A stretch of 63,406 nt of DNA. Origin: Burkholderiales bacterium (GTDB taxonomy: Bacteria; Pseudomonadota; Gammaproteobacteria; Burkholderiales; Burkholderiaceae_C). Shown piece after piece: positions 59,563 to 63,406 of this stretch; the stretch's first letter is position 1, and each line of letters starts with the position of its first letter. The notes under the pieces were generated by a model that did no database searches, was not told the origin of the DNA, and worked only from the letters and a program-made list of their open reading frames with translations. The stretch spans positions 1 through 63,406 of the forward strand of contig JBBRVD010000001.1 in NCBI GenBank assembly GCA_038247175.1, given 5' to 3'. A program made the translations under genes and the position numbers.

Positions 59563-60228
59563 TCAGAACTTGATACCGGCCGGATTGGTGGGCGACGGGC
59601 CCGGCGCGGGCGTAGCCGATGCCGCTGCGGAGGGTTCCTCTTCCGGCTCGCCCGTCTGGGCGGTTTCTGGTTGTGGCGTGATTTTTTGCGCGCTCACCAG
59701 CGGCCTGGGCGCTGGCTGGCGGAAGTTGGCTGGCAACTGCGAGGTGACAGGGTAATTGGCTGCGTTCAGGAACTGGCTCCACTCCGCCTCGGAATACCCC
59801 TTGATTCTTTGTCCTCCGATGGTCAGGTACGGCAATGATTTGTCGCCACTGAGGCGCTGCAGGGCTTCGATATCCTCATTGCTGGCGATCGCGTATTCGG
59901 TGTAGGGGATACCGCGTCCCTGCAGCATCAATCGCCCGGCGTTGCAGGGCACGCAGCCAGCGCCAGAATACAACGTGACCGGAAAACGCGTCACGACCTG
60001 GCGCAGTTCGTAGGGCAGGTTGCCATTCTGCGGATTGGCGTCCACCGGCCTGCCTGCGGCGCTTCGTGCCGTCACGTTGGTTGTTGCCGCGGCGGGGGGT
60101 TTGTCGGAAAACGTCACCCTGCCATCGGGTCCGACGATGCGATAAACGGTCTGGGACTGCGCCCCGGCCGCGCCAAGCAACAGCGCAGTCACCGTGCAAA
60201 CTGCCCAAGCCAGCTTCAGGTACTTCAT
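59563..60228 (-). CDS. exported DUF4124 + glutaredoxin-domain protein
   Basis: Signal peptide; VYRIVGPDGRVTFSDKPP; CVPC thioredoxin-fold motif. Confidence 0.85.
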   Translation of the reverse strand: MKYLKLAWAVCTVTALLLGAAGAQSQTVYRIVGPDGRVTFSDKPPAAATTNVTARSAAGRPVDANPQNGNLPYELRQVVTRFPVTLYSGAGCVPCNAGRLMLQGRGIPYTEYAIASNEDIEALQRLSGDKSLPYLTIGGQRIKGYSEAEWSQFLNAANYPVTSQLPANFRQPAPRPLVSAQKITPQPETAQTGEPEEEPSAAASATPAPGPSPTNPAGIKF

Positions 60229-60232
60229 ATCG

Positions 60233-62308
60233 TCAATCCTTTCCTAGGTTTGCGCGCGTTCCGCTGTCGGTCATGCCCTGGTGGCGCAGCAAGGCATCGA
60301 GCGTCGGCTCGCGGCCGCGAAATGCCATGAACGATTCCATGGCCGGGCGGCTGCCGCCAGCCTCCAGGATAGCCTGGCGGTATTTTCTACCGGTTTGCAC
60401 ATCGGGCAAACCCGATTCGTCGGCGCTTTCCTCGAACGCCGCGTACGCGTCAGCGCTGAGCACCTCGGCCCACTTGTAGCTGTAATAACCGGCAGCGTAA
60501 CCACCGGCGAAGATATGGCTGAAGCTATTGGGCGGGCGGCTCCAGGGTGGGGGCCGAATCACGGCCACCGCGTTGCGCACCCGTTCGAGCAGCGGCATGA
60601 TGTCGTCGGTCGGCACATGCGTGGTGTGCAGCAGCATGTCGTACAGCGCAAACTCGATCTGGCGCACGGTCTGCATGCCGCTTTGGTAGTTCTTGGCCGC
60701 CAGCAATTTTTCGAACAAGGCGCGCGGCAGCGGCTCGCCGGTATCCACATGGGCGGTCATGTGGCGCAGTACATCCCATTCCCAGCAGAAATTCTCCATG
60801 AACTGGCTTGGCAGCTCCACGGCGTCCCATTCGACACCGCTGATGCCTGACACCTGGCGCTCGTCGACCTGGGTCAGCATGTGGTGCAGGCCGTGGCCGA
60901 ACTCGTGGAACAGCGTAATGACGTCGTCGTGTGTCAACAAGGCGCTCTGGCGCAGACCATTCTTCATCACGCCCTGGGCGAAGTTGCACACCAGGTGTGC
61001 AACCGGTGTCTGCAGTTGCCGATCGTCGGGGCGCAGCCAGCGGCCGCGCACGTCGTCCATCCAGGCGCCACCGCGTTTGCCGTCGCGCGCGGTGGTGTCG
61101 AGGTAGAACTGGCCCACCAGGCCGACGCCAGGCCGCTCGATCCGGTAGAACGCCACGTCAGCGTGCCATACCGGCGTGACGTCGGGGCGTATTGCGACCT
61201 CGAACAGGGTCTCCACGATCTTGAACAGGCCTGCGAGCACCTTGGGTAGCGTGAAATACTGCTTGACTTCCTGCTCGCTGAAAGCGTACCTGGCGAGCTT
61301 GAGCTTTTCGCCGATGTAGGCCCAGTCCCAGGGCTCTGGGTCCGGCAGCCCCAGTTCGGCCGCTGCAAAGGCGCGCATGTCGGCCAGGTCCTGCAATGCA
61401 AATGGCCTGGCGCGTGCGGCGAGGTCATGCAGGAACTCGATGACGGCGTGTGGCGACGGCGCCATCTTGGCGGCCAGCGAGAGCTCGGCGAAGTTGGCGA
61501 AACCCAGCAGGCGCGACTCTTCCTGCCGCAGCGCCAGGATCTCGCGGATCAGTGCCGAGTTGTCGTATTGGCGCAGGTCCTGCGGTGCCTGGTCCGAGGC
61601 ACGGGTGGCATAGGCGCGGTACATCTGCTCGCGCAGCGCCGCCGAATCGGCAAACTGCATGACGGGCAGGTAACACGGCAGCTTCAGGCTGAGCTTGTGG
61701 CCTTCGCTCCCGGCGGCCGTGGCGGCTTCCGCGGTGTTGTGCACGACGTCTTCGGGGACGCCAGACAGCGCGTCGGCGCCAACGAACAGGCTGAACTTGT
61801 CGGTCGCGTCGAGCGTGTTCTCGCTGAACTTCTGGCCCAGTTCCGCCTGCCGCTCCTGGATCGCGGCAAAACGCTGCTTGTTGTCGCCGGTCAGTTCTGC
61901 GCCGCCAAGCACGAAATCGCGCAAAGCGTTCTTGCGTGCCTGGCGCTGTTCTGCGTCGAGCGAGGACTCCGTCATCGCCTTGTATTTGGCATACAGGCTC
62001 TCATCCGAGCCCAGGCGGGTCCAGAATTCGGTGACCTTGGGTAGGCTGGTGTTGTAGGCGGCGCGCAGGGCCGGCGTATCCGCCACGCTGTTGAGGTGAC
62101 TGACGGCACCCCAGGCGCATCCAAGCCTTTCGGTGGCCACATCGAGCACCGATGCGATCGCACTCCAGTCGGCCGCGAAATCCGCTGCCGTGACGATTTG
62201 CAGCGCGGTGTCGGCCTCTGCAAGCAACTGATCGATGGCTGGCGCCACGTGTTCAGGTGCGATCAGGTCGAACGATGGCAGGCCGCCGCCGTGCAATAGT
62301 GGATTCAT
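60233..62308 (-). CDS. prlC: oligopeptidase A (M3 metallopeptidase)
   Basis: MNPLL, KRGGAWM, HEFGHGLHH, VELPSQ, AGYYSYKWAE. Confidence 0.95.
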   Translation of the reverse strand: MNPLLHGGGLPSFDLIAPEHVAPAIDQLLAEADTALQIVTAADFAADWSAIASVLDVATERLGCAWGAVSHLNSVADTPALRAAYNTSLPKVTEFWTRLGSDESLYAKYKAMTESSLDAEQRQARKNALRDFVLGGAELTGDNKQRFAAIQERQAELGQKFSENTLDATDKFSLFVGADALSGVPEDVVHNTAEAATAAGSEGHKLSLKLPCYLPVMQFADSAALREQMYRAYATRASDQAPQDLRQYDNSALIREILALRQEESRLLGFANFAELSLAAKMAPSPHAVIEFLHDLAARARPFALQDLADMRAFAAAELGLPDPEPWDWAYIGEKLKLARYAFSEQEVKQYFTLPKVLAGLFKIVETLFEVAIRPDVTPVWHADVAFYRIERPGVGLVGQFYLDTTARDGKRGGAWMDDVRGRWLRPDDRQLQTPVAHLVCNFAQGVMKNGLRQSALLTHDDVITLFHEFGHGLHHMLTQVDERQVSGISGVEWDAVELPSQFMENFCWEWDVLRHMTAHVDTGEPLPRALFEKLLAAKNYQSGMQTVRQIEFALYDMLLHTTHVPTDDIMPLLERVRNAVAVIRPPPWSRPPNSFSHIFAGGYAAGYYSYKWAEVLSADAYAAFEESADESGLPDVQTGRKYRQAILEAGGSRPAMESFMAFRGREPTLDALLRHQGMTDSGTRANLGKD

Positions 62309-62377
62309 GGTTTCGGATGCTCGGGATGGTGGTGGCACCATGCCACCTGTTCGGCATGTCGGGGTCGCGCCGCCAGT

Positions 62378-63247
62378 TTACAAGTGAGACGCAGCACGCC
62401 ACGCGGCTTCCACCGTATTGACCAGCAGCATGGTGATCGTCATCGGGCCCACGCCACCCGGAACCGGCGTGATGAAACCGGCCACCACGCGCACGCCGGA
62501 GTAATCGACATCACCACACAGTTTGCCCTCGTCGTTGCGGTTCATGCCTACGTCGATCACGATCGCACCGGGCTTGACCATGTCGGCGGTGAGTACGTTG
62601 CGACGGCCGACCGCCGCCACGACGACATCCGCCTGCCGCGTGTGAAGCCTGAGGTCGGGCGTCGCACTGTGGCAGATGGTGACGGTCGCATTTTGTTGCA
62701 GCAGCATCAGGGCCATGGGTTTGCCCACGGTGTTGCTGCGCCCGATCACCACCGCGTGTTTGCCACGCAGGTCGACACCGGTGGAGGCGATAAGCTTCAT
62801 GCAGCCATAGGGCGTGCAGGGTTTGAAGCCGGGCGAGCCGGTCATCAGTGCGCCAGCGCTGAGCGTCGAGTAACCGTCGACATCCTTGGATGTGGCGATG
62901 GTCTCGATCACGCGATGCGGGTCGATGTGTCGGGGCAGCGGCATCTGCACCAGGATGCCGTGAATGGTCGGGTCCGCATTGAGCGCCTCGATGCGCGCGA
63001 GTAACGTGTCCTGGCTCAGACCCGCGTCGTATTTCTCGAACACCGAATGCAGGCCGGACTCCTCGCAGGCCTTGATCTTGTTGCGCACATAGACCTGGCT
63101 GGCCGGGTCTTCGCCGACCAGGATCACCGCCAGACCCGGACGCAAGCCCTTGTCAGACAGTTCGCCCGCGCGGACGGTGACTTCGGCACGCAACTGCCTC
63201 GAGATAGCGACTCCGTCGATGGTCCTGGCCAGGTTGCGTTCCGTCAT
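62378..63247 (-). CDS. folD: methylenetetrahydrofolate dehydrogenase/cyclohydrolase
   Basis: [39 protein letters not shown]. Confidence 0.96.
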   Translation of the reverse strand: MTERNLARTIDGVAISRQLRAEVTVRAGELSDKGLRPGLAVILVGEDPASQVYVRNKIKACEESGLHSVFEKYDAGLSQDTLLARIEALNADPTIHGILVQMPLPRHIDPHRVIETIATSKDVDGYSTLSAGALMTGSPGFKPCTPYGCMKLIASTGVDLRGKHAVVIGRSNTVGKPMALMLLQQNATVTICHSATPDLRLHTRQADVVVAAVGRRNVLTADMVKPGAIVIDVGMNRNDEGKLCGDVDYSGVRVVAGFITPVPGGVGPMTITMLLVNTVEAAWRAASHL

Positions 63248-63406
63248 CGTCTCAGAGCGTGAGAGGCAATTGATTGGGCCCACGACGGGGTGCCCAAGGG
63301 TGGCGGGCAAGGCGCGACGCGCAGTCCATGTCGGGACATGGGCATGCGGCGCAACGCTGCACGGCGTCCTTGGGCGCCCCGGCCCGCAGGGCAAGACCCC
63401 GCGAAT

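Noticed and set aside
62331-62347. GGTGGCA-CCA-TGCCACC hairpin as a folD terminator
   Set aside because: No U-tract on the minus strand; too weak to call
63248-63406. ZTP (pfl) riboswitch before folD
   Set aside because: GACUGGCG and CGCCUGGG consensus elements are not present on the folD strand

Overview
High-GC chromosomal segment of a betaproteobacterium; gene order (maiA-pgeF-phaCAB, zapA-6S, mfd-ispDF-envZ/ompR, pyrD-rpiA, prlC-folD) suggests Burkholderiales/Comamonadaceae (inference). About 58 coding genes, mostly core. They include a PHA operon, c-di-GMP enzymes, 6S RNA, a cobalamin riboswitch heading a B12 uptake and nucleotide-loop operon, a large NAD-glutamate dehydrogenase and a prkA(yeaG)-yeaH-spoVR stress cluster. 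I found no IS, prophage, CRISPR, tRNA or rRNA. The least explained part is about 30.4-36.0 kb: a decayed YHS-domain gene, a coupled DedA/VTT plus orphan ATP-grasp ligase pair, a convergent OlsB-like N-acyltransferase and a divergent P-loop protein with a degenerate Walker A. This is a candidate uncharacterised amino-lipid or envelope modification system. All family calls come from recognising motifs by eye, not from database searches.
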